NCBI GenBank assembly: GCA_043228905.1
Contig: JBHGNT010000005.1
Location: 18,476,001-18,540,000, forward strand
Direction: 5' to 3'
Source of the DNA: Azolla caroliniana
Taxonomy: Eukaryota > Plantae > Polypodiophyta
Length of the DNA: 64,000 nucleotides
Both the position numbers and the translations under genes were made by a program. The number at the start of each line of letters is the position of its first letter. The stretch's first letter is position 1. This document shows positions 23,901 through 36,017 of this stretch, one piece after another. The notes under the pieces were generated by a model. The model was given only the letters and a program-made list of their open reading frames with translations, did no database searches and was not told the DNA's origin.

Positions 23901-26426
23901 AATATCTACCTCAAATAGAGGGATGATTTTCTGATTATCATTAAAATACTGACTTTCTTCTTCCTCGTCCAATGCTTCCATCATATTAACTGCTTCTGCA
24001 TGTACAGGTAAACTCTGTTTGCTTGTTGTCACTTTGTTGTGCGTCGGAATCCTGACCTTAGTTTTTCCTTTCCTAAATGTTAGCACATTTTGTTTCCAAT
24101 TTTGTTTGATATTAGCTGTCTTTAACCATGGTCTCCCCAATAACAAGGGGTATGCTCCCTGTGTTTCTAACTGCAAAATTACTGCCGAAATCTGAAAACT
24201 GTGTCCCCCGATTATTACATCCAGTTGTCGAAGCAAACCAATCGGTCGTACCGTACTTGTATCTGCTATTCGTAACCAAAACGGACATGCTTCCCATTCC
24301 GTGATTCCTAGTTTTTCACATGTAGCTTTGTTAATCACATTAACTCCCGAGCCTCCATCTATAATCACATTTCCGATTTCTTGCCCGTAAAGTATTACCT
24401 TAATCGACGGATTCTGTTCATCCATGATCGAAGGGTTATTACTTGGCTGATTGTAGTGTACTGCTATTTGTTCGGAACCTTTATATGCAATTAATGCTGC
24501 CACTTTTTCTGTAAACCTTGGTACTAACTTAAGTAAGCCCGTAAGTGGCAATGACACTTGGCAATCAGCCAACAGTTTCCAAGTTTCTTCCTGTTCCTTA
24601 TTCCCCAATGACTGTTGTACAGCGATGTTCTGGTCAATGTTATTGTCTTGTAACATTCGATTCACATTACTTTGATTTGCTTCGTCAACCCATTCTTTTG
24701 CCGCCTTCCGAACTTCTTCCTGAATTTCCCACTCTGATTGTTTGTTTTTGCTGCATGTCGTTACTTGCTGAACTTCCGGTATTACCATATTAACTGCTGG
24801 ACCCTTTCCTTTAACCGGACATTGATTAGCATAATGGCCTAGTTGTCGACAAATATAACAAGTGGGTACAAATGTTCCACCGGTCTCTCCATGTGCAAAT
24901 TGGCCGTTATTAAATTGTTGCTCTTCATTACCACTCGGGTTTTGTTGGAATTGACGTGTAGCTTTTGGTTTGTAAAATTTCTTATTTTTATACCGATTCT
25001 GCCTAAATTGTTCGGTATTATCATTTGGTTGTGCTACATTTTGTGTTATCCCGAACTCCTGATTTGGCGGAAAATTATTCTGTTGAAACATTTGATTATT
25101 TTGTGGAAAGGTTTGAGTATTATGTTGAAAGGACATATTACCCGGTTGCAATGCCGGATTCGGTTGAAATGCAGAATTCGGTTGCACATTCGGACAGTTC
25201 TGTTGAAACCCTTGAAATGGTGGGTTACCTTGTTGGAAACTTTGATTATTTTGTTGAAAATATTGATTCGGATTCTGTACGAATGGTGGGTTGGATTGAG
25301 CAAAACCTGGTTGAAATGCTTGAGTCACTTGAGTGGGTTGCATATTTTGTTGTGAAAAGATCTGATTTGGCTGTAGAACCGGATTTTGTTGAAAAGTTGG
25401 ATTTTGTTGTACATTTTGCTGATTTTGTGAAAAATTATTATTTTGATAACCATTGAACAGATTAGTGTTATTTTGGTAACCATTGTCAATAAAAATTTGT
25501 CGTACTGACGCCGTAGTTTTATTAAGCAGATTATATTCACATTGTTCTACTGAATGTAATTTTGAATGACATATTGTACAATGTGTTCTTAACGTACATT
25601 CAATTGCCGAATGCCCCGTATTTAAACAAGTGGTGCATTGAACTGCTTGACGAAATTGTAACTCCTCTATTGTTGGTAATGTACGTTGTAATGCCGACAT
25701 GTCCATACTCTGAACATTGACCGGTGGTCGACCCATTTCTATTGCTTTATCAATTACTTGTTCGATAGTCTGATTTCGAAAATCGAACACTTTCAATGTC
25801 GTCCTTAATGGTTCTTTTACAGCTTCTAGAAAGACTTCTTTTAATTCATTATCCGGAATCGGCCTTGAAATCTGAAGCTGTAAGTTCTGAAATCGTATCA
25901 CAAACTGAGATACTGTTTCATTTTTTTCTTGATATAACGCATAAAATTGCGCAATCAAATCCTTCTGCGGAATTTGTTGATGAAATAATTGTAAAAATTT
26001 ACTAGTTAACACTTCAAAGGATGGAAATCCTTGAAGACCGTTCTGCGCAAACCAATTGGCGGAATATCCGTCTAATGATAAGACGAACTCAGCGATTTTT
26101 GACTTATCTTCGGCATCTGCCGACAATCGCTGAGCTCCATGGTTAATCTCCCATGTCGTTAAGAAATCCCTAACATGTGCTTCCGCATCTGTTCCTTCCC
26201 GGAACTTAGAATAAGTATAAGGCATATCGTCCCAAATGTCGTAAAACGATACCTCTTCCGTCTGTTCTTCGTCTGAAGGTAATTGATCAGATAAGTCAAG
26301 AAGTTTCGACCACTTTGTGCTTGATTCCGGCTGTTCTTGCGCAATGAACGCTTCCTGCACTGCCTTCGTAACTGACCTTGTACGAGGGCGCTTACAACCG
26401 ACCGGTGTCTCCTCTTCATACGACAT
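20886..26426 (-). pseudogene. Single-frame gag-pol of gypsy C, one premature TAG at 22491-22493
   Basis: CCHC-type knuckles (CTTCLNTGH, CYICRQLGH), PR IIDGGSGVN, RT FLDGFSGYNQ/VFLDDF, RH VDASD, IN WGLDFVGP..YPQANG and GPV. KFRH*LLG where Tyr is expected. Confidence 0.93.
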
Positions 26427-27244
26427 CCATTCGATTTGTTCTCTGCTTAATCGCAGATGTAACCGGGCGTGCCAAATTTCTTCTGTGTTAATCGGCTAAT
26501 TACTAACTACTACCGATACAGAAGAGTGAACGTCGCTACTCCACGTTCTAACAAGGAATTGTGTTTTACGAACGGAAATATACTATATTAATCGGTAATT
26601 ACCGTGATCGTTACTTAGTTATAAAGTAGGAAGATTACACTTAACAACATAGACAATAGAAAGAACACAGAATCCGTACACGATATTCCTAACTTAAACT
26701 TATATTCCCAAATAAACGACCTTTCTTACAATGCCTTCGGTTCCCTTTTATAGGTATATACCGAAGGTCTTTTCTCATCAAGAACTATTCCTACTTACTA
26801 TCAAGAATTACAAAATTATCTAACTAACTTAGTTCTCTTCGTTCACTGTGAGTCATTGATCTGAACAGTCGATCCGAACCGACTCCGTTTTCGACGCTTT
26901 CCCACTTGTTCGGTAAAACTGACTGTCCGGGTCCGGGTAACATCCACGTTGCTAAGAATGCGGCCTACCATTCCTGGACGAAGCATATCCAGCGAAGGTA
27001 TCACTGGATCCGGGAAAGAGTAGATGACCAGGAGTTCGCACTGACGAAGATCCACACGGCCGAGAACGGGTCGGATATGCTGACCAAAGTGCTGACACCC
27101 GACAAGTTGGACGCATGCCGGAAGAGGATCGGACTGGTAAGACACCCCATGCCGGAGTGAAGGGGGAGTTTGTTGGGAGACAAGTCCCTCCGGATGGGAA
27201 GGGAGAAGAACAGTGTCGACGAACAATCTCGGCCGAGGCCGAAA

Positions 27245-27622
27245 CCGGATGAGGAGTACTCGGCTATGGAGAGCCGGATGGTGCAGACCCGGTGTGAACC
27301 AGATGAGGAGTACCCGGCTACGGAGGGCCGGATGGTGCAGACCCGGTGTGAACCAGATGAGGAGTACCCGGCTACGGAGGGCCGGATGGTGCAGACCCGG
27401 TGTGAACCGGATGAGGAGTACCCGGCTACGGAGAGCCGGATGGTGCAGACCCGGTGTGAACCGGATGAGGAGTACCTGGCTACGGAGAGCCGGATGGTGC
27501 AGACCCAGTGTGAACCGGATGAGGAGGACCCAACTACGGAGAGCCGGATGGTGCAGACCCGATGAGAACCGGATGAGGAGCACCTGGCTACGGAGAGCCG
27601 GATGACGCAGACCCGGTGAGAA
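27245..27622 (+). repeat. 54-bp tandem repeat x7 in the Cop3 3' LTR
   Basis: Same unit as 12938-13207. The LTR length difference (911 vs 803 bp) equals 2 units. Confidence 0.93.
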
Positions 27623-28086
27623 CCGGAGGAAGAGACATATTCGTAAATATGTTTCTGAGAGCCCATCGAGGCTATATTTGTAAATAACCGAAAAGTCACA
27701 TTAGTATAAATATGACTTAGGGCAAATATGTGTTGTTGATTTTTTCTTTTTGTTGGTGCAAGAATAGAGAGTGTGCGTAACTGTACAGAGAGAGATAGAG
27801 AGAGAAAGAGGTCGTTGCCTCTGTTGTAACCGCCGCCTGTGGCGAAGATCTGTGAGCACGAGGTCGGTGCCTCAGTGAACTCACTGTTGTACATCCCATC
27901 ATAGTGATAGTTTGCAGCCTGTGGGTTGCCGTGGTTTTTCCCCTAGTTTGGGGGTTTCCACGTAAACCTCCTGTGTACCTCGTCTCTTCTTTGTGTCGCG
28001 TTTTATTTCTCGTTTTCTGTGTATCATTCTAAGCTCGGTTGTGGCCGAGCGTTGCGCATAAGGAACGACCAGTTCCCGTCACCCCC

Positions 28087-28171
28087 TTCCTTGAGATAGG
28101 ATCACTTCTCATTGAGATCATGTTCATGGAAAGGGTTGTTGAATACATGCTTAAGGTTCAAAAAAGTCACT
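28087..28171 (+). mobile_element. LINE fragment, part 2
   Basis: FLEIGSLLIEIMFMERVVEYMLKVQK continues the 12729-12863 peptide. Confidence 0.55.
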
Positions 28172-28561
28172 TGTTGGCCGGTCAGAAGAGCAAGGACAAG
28201 TGGGAAGGCGGAGTCGGATCGGATAATAGGAAGTAAATAATAGTAGAATTATTATTCGGAGGGACGGATCCGGTACAGTTGTACCGATTCGGATGTCGGT
28301 TTCCTAAGCGCACCGATTGTAACCTTGTCGGATGCCTATAAAAGGATCCGATGATTTGTAAAGGGTTTGACGGGAGTAATACAATAGTAATTATTGCGTG
28401 TTTATCTGTATCTTCGTATTGTTTACCGTCTGTGCTTAATCGTAATCATCTTACACTTGTAACCTAGCATCCAATCCTTACCACCCCTTTGGAGAAGTGT
28501 TGGATAGACACCTGTGTTGAGGCTAGTCCGGCCAGGCAGACAACACTTTTTGGCGACCACT
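28172..28561 (+). mobile_element. Orphan 5' LTR (28172-28545) with PBS-like TGGCGACCAC (28551-28560)
   Basis: TGTTG...CAACA ends, CCTATAAAAG near 28336, and a TGG-starting tRNA-complement-like site 5 nt after the LTR. No internal region follows. Confidence 0.55.
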
Positions 28562-29095
28562 AAGGCGACCCCCCTTTGGAGACGGAGTCCAAGAATGATA
28601 CGCGGCGATGCAAGAAAAGCAACAAATGATGGCGATGATGTGTAGGAACTGTACAAGTGAGTGAGAAATTGAAGATTGACAAATGTATTCGTCACAAAAC
28701 AAGGAATCGATGAATCGACAAAGAAGTGTTAAGCATCCCTCATCCATGTTTAGCCATAAGCATAGACAAATATATCCTCTGATGTGTGTTAAAGTAGTCT
28801 AGACAAATTTATCCACAGTTTACAAGTTAAAGCACAAATGTGTCTCCTCATTATCACCATTTCAATCATCATCATCATATCCACCTAGATCATTCTTAAC
28901 GAAGAGGGAGAAGATGATGATCATGATGAAGGTGAATATGAACATGAAATGATGTGTGGTTCGTGCAATTATGCTTCGTTGACAAAGACAGGGAAGGACG
29001 GAGAAATAAACGCACAACCAAATAGAGACGATTGAAGGGCCCGAAAGAAAGTGATGGTCGTACGGCCAGAAGGACTGAACAGAGCCAAAGACAAA

Positions 29096-29359
29096 AATGG
29101 TTAGACACAGCCGAACTGTGGCCAAAACGGAGGCCAGAAGAACGCTCGGATAATGACGACTGAACAGAGCGGCCATGCGACTGGAGGCCGGCCGGACAGG
29201 GTTGGCGACGACGAGAAAGGCGTCAAGAATGGTTAGACACAGCCGAACTGTGGCCAAAACGGAGGCCAGAAGAATGCTCGGATAATGACGACTGAACAGA
29301 GCGGCCATGCGACTGGAGGCCGGCCGGACAGGGTTGGCGACGACGAGAAAGGCGTCAAG
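29096..29359. repeat. 132-bp tandem duplication in a GGCC-rich region
   Basis: AATGGT starts at 29096, 29228 and 29360, and the two units are nearly identical. Confidence 0.9.
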
Positions 29360-30266
29360 AATGGTCACCACCAACCGACAGCAGCCGGAGCGGAGCGGCC
29401 GGAGAGCAGTCGGAATGGCCGGATAACGACTGAAGAGCGGCCAGAATGGCTGAACAATGGCTGAAGAGCAGTCGGGCAACAGTCGGAACGGTCGGAATAG
29501 CCGGACAGTGGCTGTAGCAACCGGAGCGGCCGGAGGGTCAGACAAGGGTCGGATGAAGCCACATCGGTCGCCAAACAAACGATGGCGGCCAGAACGATGA
29601 TGGAGTCAGTGTACAACCGGCCAGAGACACGCTGGACAAAGACGGCCGTAATAGAGACATTGATGCCGAAAAGCGACGGACCTCGGCCAAAACCGACGGC
29701 CGAATAGGGCCGACAAGGTCGGTGACAAAGACATCTGGAGATGGACCAGACAAACATGGCCAGACGGGCTAGACAGCGGAAAGAGCGGCCAGAAGGGCCG
29801 GAAATCGGTCGAAACGGCGGGAGATGGAGACAGACGAGCGGCCAAAGAGTGGCTGAGGAGCGGCTGAAGCGGCCGTAATAACCGAGCAGTGGCCGGAGTG
29901 GCCAAACGGGCTGGACAGACGACCAACCACGACAACCAAACAAAGACAACGCAGAGAAGAAAGAGGCAGACATACAGAAAATAAGAAGAAGAGAGAAGAG
30001 AAATACAAGGAAGAAGAAGAACAGAGAAGGAAGAAAAAGAAGATGTCATGGAAGAAGAGAAAGGCATGAACAAACAGACACAAAGTGGAAGAAACAGAGA
30101 TAGAAGAAGAAAGAGAGAGGAGGAAAAGAAAGACAGGAAGAGGAGAAGAAGCAACGGTTAACACCAAGAAGGAGGAAGAAGATGCAGACAACACGCAGGA
30201 GAAAACGTAAGAAGACAAACAATAAAAAAAAATGAGAGGGAAAAAGAGAAGAGAGGGGCATGCGAA

Positions 30267-30400
30267 GAAATTTTAAAATGTTGAGGGTAGCAGCCTAAAA
30301 TTTCAGAAATTTGGGGGTACTGAATGAAATTTTCAAAACTCGAGGGTACATATCAAATTAAAAAAAAAAAAACGATACCACCAAAATTTTGAAAATCCCC
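30267..30400 (-). mobile_element. Possible Mutator-like (MULE) terminal region
   Basis: Minus strand starts GGGGATTTTCAAAATTTT. Repeated AAATTT..AAA..GGGTA motifs. No partner TIR identified. Confidence 0.35.
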
Positions 30401-30499
30401 AAGACTACTCACACACACTCAAAACAAAGGAAGAACATACATATACATGACATGATTTTGGACCCATGACGAAGTTCGTAAGCCGACAGAACGAGAATG

Positions 30500-31166
30500 T
30501 TCGTGTCGCGGAAAGATTTGCTGACTGACAAAGATGTTCGAGTCAAGCACTCCGATCGAGGGAGTCAATCGTTGAAAGGACCGATAGAAGTTCCGGTCGA
30601 AGAAATATCATCATCAAGGCATGTGGGATCAACGTGCAAGGCACTTTCCCACGGGCGTGCCATATTGTGTTACCCCGTACGAGATGTACGGAGAGTCAAG
30701 TGTGATGAGCGAGGGTCGAATGTTATCATAATGTTGTGTATGTGTAGGGGGCATAAATGTAATTGTGAGTCGATACATATGTGAACACATGCACACGTGT
30801 GTGCATGTGGATGGATACGAGGAGGTATGAGTGAGTGTCCAGTATGAATGCTCTAGGGGGCTTACACCCCTTTGTATCTACCCCCTCTTGTACTATTTAA
30901 CCCCCTTATGGGGAATGAATGAAAAATGAATCATTTCTCTCTATCTATCTCTCTTTTCATCTCTCTCTCTCTCTCTTCCCTCCCCTTAACGTTGAACCCC
31001 CTTGGGAGGGGGGTGGAGCCATTCTAGGCACCACCCCCCACCCCGCAATGCTTCTCAATGCACATGATCTCTCTCGTCATCAATCCCATACTCTCCATCA
31101 TCATCATAACCACCATGTCTATCTTTATCATGATTATCATCGTCCTTAGCCCTAAAACATACAACA
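30500..31166 (+). mobile_element. 3' end remnant of a gypsy: tRNA-like motif 30625-30662 plus a probable LTR from 30668
   Basis: Motif followed by TGTTAC as at 12165. TATA-like CTATTTAA near 30893 then a CT-rich tract. Right end uncertain. Confidence 0.5.
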
Positions 31167-33010
31167 TCACTCACATTGACTTCCTAGAATTGCATGGGAA
31201 CCAAGAAAAAAGATCCAAAAGTGCACAAAAGCAAAAAAAATTCTTCTAATCAGATATAAGATAGATGCAACATACTTGCTTCATGATGCATCAATAGATT
31301 CCTCTTAAAATGTAGTCTTTTTGCAATGTCAATGTATCATGACATGGGACAAATGTCGAGGCTCACGTTTTACACATTATACTACATAGTTGCACCTAAC
31401 TATAAAACCATATTCTTTGTACAATGGGGGAACCGTACAGATTGATACATGTTGGAGCCTATCTTGTTGTCGGCCATTGAACCATTGCTTCTATGCATCT
31501 CTAGCTCACATGCATCTTGTGATGTGAGACGAAGTGATGAGAGTGGTTGATTGTTCACACTTTTCCTTAAACAAGTTTGAGAGTTTGAGTATCACACTTT
31601 GATACAATGCTTTGCCTTTGATCATATTTGACCATTCTTTCCACACATCTTCAACCAAGCCCAATCCTTGCATGGGTTTCTTTCACAACCACAATGTGCA
31701 TTCTCAATTGCAACATTCATTGGTAAAGTTATTGTTTTTTTGTAGCAACACTTTTATTACTGATGGGAAACCTCAAAGTTAGGTGCAAACCCACAAAGAA
31801 TAAAGAGAAGTATACAAGTGTCAATTAGACACTAAAGAGGTTAGAAGCACTCAAAGTAAAGAGTTTAAATTTGCAGTGTGATGCCTCTCAGTTGCAGACA
31901 ATCAAACAGAGATTGCCTGAGGGATTGCTTAAAGAAGCTAACTTCATGCAGTTGGTTTCGATCAAAGCCCTTATTATTGCGGGCTGTCCAGATGGTCCAG
32001 AGTGCCCAAAATCTTGTCCATTGGAGAAAATAGGCATTGCTGGATAGGGTGCACGGAATCGATCCAAATGGCGAAAAGTGCTTCCCAAACCTTCGGCCAG
32101 GTAAAGTTCTTGAACATCGAGAGAGTCGCTACTCATTGTTACATGTATCACGTGAAATGTAATATTTCTGGTTTCATCGGGTTCATATTTGATCCGTGAA
32201 AGACGATCGATATAGAATCTATCTATCTATCTTATGAGGCATTTCTCTCTTGTGAGTAATCCCTTGAACCCTTGGTGTGTTTTATTTCTCTGGAGAGGCT
32301 AGGGTTCATCTGTCATACTGCAGCTTTTCTATTTGCCTACCCTTACCGAGGGGAAGGACTCTTCCTTTTCCTCCCATCCACGAATCGCAGAAGAAGGATC
32401 AGTTCTTAGACCAATCAGAGAGGAAGGATCGATTTTCCGATCAATTAGTCAGCAAAGGATCGCCTCATTGAGCAATCAGAGCACCGCATTCAGTTTCTCG
32501 ACCAATCAATCACAGAGCAGTGAAAACGGTTGAGAAATTAGGAACCCTCTGTTACTGGGATTTGAAGAGGAACAGAGACTCGGATTTGCTTCTATTTCAG
32601 GCGAGTGGAAAACATTCTGAGTGCATATATGCCATATAATCTTATCTTATGTTTAAGTTTCCCCAAATAAGTTGAGATAAGCCCAATGATTGAATCAATG
32701 GTTGAAGAAGACATTTAATATCACTGACTTGACGTGCTTTGGATTTCAGGTTGGTGAAGAACCTTTGAGTGTATATTTCTTGTTTCCCTATGTAGGTTTT
32801 AGCTCATGATAATCACAGATAGATTCAATAAGAGAAGAAAAAGAAAAAGGAAAAGACGAGATGTAAGAGAAAATACTTGGAATCTATCAAATTTCAAGGT
32901 GGTGGTGAATCTTTGTGTGTACACCTTCCATGAAAGCTTGTCAGAGCCTATTTTTGTAGGGCATGGAAATGTTGCTAGCTGTTTCTAAACAGATCGAGAT
33001 AAGCTCATAG

Positions 33011-35432
33011 ATGGAATCAACAATAGAAGGAGAAGAAGAGGAGGAGCAGGAGAGGAGGGTATCTTTTGCCTATGATGGATGTATGGGAATCATGAATGAT
33101 AGGTGTATCATAGATGTTTTGTCAATGGAACAAGGAGGGGACGAAGATGTCAATGCTCCATTTCAATGGCTAGCCTCTCGAACAGGATCAATGAAAAGAA
33201 AACTAGAAGAGTTAGACCTTGGGGTTAGTGAACCTCGACAGAAAAGGGAGGTAAGGGATATTACAGAAGAAGCTTTTATGGATGATGATATTTTGCATGA
33301 AAGGGATATGCAAGGAGGTTGTGTGAATGGCGATGTTTTTCATGAAAACAAAATCCAAAAAGAAGCTTGTATCGGTGATGATATTTTTCAAGAAGAAGAA
33401 GCTTTGGTTGATGTTGATATTTTGCAAGATGAAGAAGAGGCTTGCATGGATGATGATATTTTCCAAGAAGAAGAAGAAGCTTGTGTGGATGATGATATTT
33501 TACATGAAAGTCTGATTAGCAATCTGGAAGAAGGCTTGGTTTTTTCACTAGAGAACGAGATTATGGGTGAGTATGCAGCCATAACTGTGTTACCAAATTC
33601 TAAGTTGAGATATCCAGAGAACGATGTACTTATAGACACTACCCATATTGATAACACTTGCAACAAGCTTACTGATGATGATGGTGATGGTGGATATTCA
33701 CGCTCAGTTTATGCTATGGGTGGATGCACCTCATTTAGGGAATGCATTGATACCCTTGGTTCTACCGTGAACCGACCTGTTATAACTAATACTGAGGTTC
33801 ATTTCTTTGTCCGAACGTTTATAGATGGTCGAACTATTGTACTTCATGCAAACTCGTATGATACGATCGAGCTAGTTCATAGACAAATCTTCCTTAAAAT
33901 AGGTATCCCGATATCAGAACAAAGGCTTATTTACTTTGGGCGGCAGCTTCAGCATCATCAAACACTTGTTGAATGCCAAGTGTGTAATGATGCAACACTA
34001 CATCTCGTAGCGAGAATGCTGAGCACACCTCTTCATCGATCGTGGCAATTAATGAATGAATTAGTGGCAACTATTCACCTCGTTACGAAGATGAATGACC
34101 ATGGAAGAGGTTCTAGACAGAAACTAATCCATGCCCAAGAGAAGATTCGTAACAATGTGAAAGAATTTCTGAATCTAGCAGCAGATTCTCTTCCGATATC
34201 TGACCATATGCAGATCTTTCAAATTGCTGGAGCAACGTCCGCATTGGTCATTTTGCTTCTTTCACCTGTTGAATCCAATCAAGAATGTGCTGAGGATTCT
34301 ATTAAGCTTTTTGTGGGTGGGGGTGATGATTGTTTCTCAAACGATATTCATTATTATTGTGCTCCTGTGCTTTTGGATTTCTGCAAATTGTTCTCAAAGA
34401 GTGCACCATGTCATAGTATTTATTACGCTTGTAGGAACTCTCTTGCTTGCATTCTAGATACAGTACTGACCGCCCATCAAAGCATTTACTTCAATGATGC
34501 AAAGGCAGAAAGTATTGTGCACGATTTTGCTCCATTTGTAAGTGAACTCGCTTCAAAACTCTCGCTGAGCCTTTGCTTGACATCAAAGCTTTATGGAAAT
34601 GTTCCAGCAAATGAATTGTTTTCAAATCTACGTTTGGATGCAAAAGAAGCACATGATTTCACAGCCTTCATTATACCACTATGCAAAGCAATGGAGGCAT
34701 GTAGAAGTGTTGAAGCCAAGCAGTTACGACGTTCTCATTTGCATAGTCTTGGAGTCCTTGGAGACAGGGCTGCAGAACTTCTGTATGGGGTTGATTTAAA
34801 TGTAGAGTGTGGAACTGTGGACAAAATCCTGGATAATGATGGGGAGATTGGTTCCTATTCCTGGATTTTTTCCATATTTCATGGATTATTACTAGAGATT
34901 GATAATTGTTTGGGCAAAGTGGAAGGATCAGTGCATGATTTAGCATTTGGTGGTTCCCCTATTCTTGCACTTCTTAAAGGATTGAATGCTATAGCTCAGA
35001 TGTATGAAGGATGTATGGAAAACCTATTAGCAATACTTGGTTTACGAAGAACTGCATTGAACATGATTATACAACAATCAGGGTCACAAAATGATAATTT
35101 CTGGCTGCTTGAACACACGTTTCTTCTTGAGATCGAATCAAAAAGGAAGATAGTGCTGGGAATGCTCCCAGAGCCACAGGAAGATTTTGAAGAAAGACTT
35201 GAATTTTTTGTTCGGAGGGAGCATTTACTAATTGATTCATTTCATGCGTTTGAAAATGTTAAAGCTGATGCTTTTCAAAGGGGGTTGTCTATGCAATTCA
35301 CTACAGAGGAAGCGATTGGACCGGGGGTTTTACGTGAATGGTTCAATCTCATATGCAGGGAAATTTTCAACCAGGAAAATGCATTGTTTTTGACTTGTGC
35401 CAATGATGCTCGGAGGGTTTATCCTAGTCCCG
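33011..35432 (+). CDS. UPL5: HECT E3 ubiquitin ligase UPL5-like, coding exon 1 (acidic repeats, ubiquitin-like domain, start of HECT)
   Basis: HFFVRTFIDGRTIVL..IPISEQRLIYFGRQL..ATLHLVARM ubiquitin domain. F..EEAIGPGVLREWF HECT start. Donor CCCG|GTGAGT at 35433. Confidence 0.9.
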
Positions 35433-35629
35433 GTGAGTTATTTTATTCTTGCATTGATCTATGTATTCTGATGTTATTCGATGGAAAAAAACAAGTCTTA
35501 ATGATATCTAATCCCATGACGATAGAAACTGCATTTTGACTATATAATTGTGACAGCCTGAAGTAGGTGAACATATCAATGTCGAAGAAATCATGGTTAC
35601 TTTAGAATTCTTGCAAATGCATCTGTAAT

Positions 35630-36017
35630 ATAGTTGTTGAAAAACATGTATTCTACGTTTAGAATATGTTTTAGAATAGTCTGAATTATTCTACACGTAT
35701 TCTACGTTTTAGAACTGCCATTTTATAATTTTCCACATATGCTAAGTATTTGACGTATTCTAAGTATTTAAAATATTTAACATTTCAAAAAAGTTAAAAA
35801 AAATTTAATATTTTTTTGAAAACTTTGAATGTTAAGCAGGATTTAATGTATTTTACACGTATTCTACATATTTAATGTATTCGACATGTATTCTAAGTTA
35901 TTAACGTATTTTATGTATTTTATCTGTAAAATACGTATTTATATATTTAAAAATAAAGGTAGAATACTTAGCATACATGTTCTACGCGTATTATATGTTA
36001 AGTATTCTACAGCAATG
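35630..36017. repeat. AT-rich intronic block with repeated CGTATTCTA-like motifs (possible MITE remnant)
   Basis: About 8 copies of (C/T)GTATTCTA/CGTATTT with only weakly inverted ends. Confidence 0.35.

Larger units (their letters stand above)
17534..26942 (-). mobile_element. Ty3/Gypsy non-chromovirus C (Phygy/Athila-like), full length, with an extra 3' ORF and no PPT
   Basis: LTRs 17534-17989 and 26486-26942 (TGTTAA...GTAACA). TSD TCCAC at 17529-17533 and 26943-26947. PBS TGGCACGCCCGGT on minus at 26462-26474. TATAAAA on minus near 17794-17800 and in the other LTR. Confidence 0.96.
12864..28081 (+). mobile_element. Ty1/Copia element Cop3 (Tnt1/Tork-like), full length, disabled; hosts gypsy C
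   Basis: LTRs 12864-13666 and 27171-28081. TSD CCCCC at 12859-12863 and 28082-28086. PBS TGGTATCAGAGC at 13669-13680. PPT GAAGGGGGAG at 27159-27168. Confidence 0.96.

Noticed and set aside
28862-30261. Long hydrophobic or Arg/Ser-rich ORFs (also 10546-11335 and 60662-61184)
   Set aside because: Compositional artefacts of strand-skewed low-complexity DNA with no recognisable domain.
31300-32200. Short ORFs upstream of the UPL5-like gene as a gene or transposase remnant
   Set aside because: No recognisable motif could be assigned by eye.
35433-35539. C-terminal extension of the 842-aa ORF
   Set aside because: Read-through into intron 1. HECT homology resumes only at 37847.
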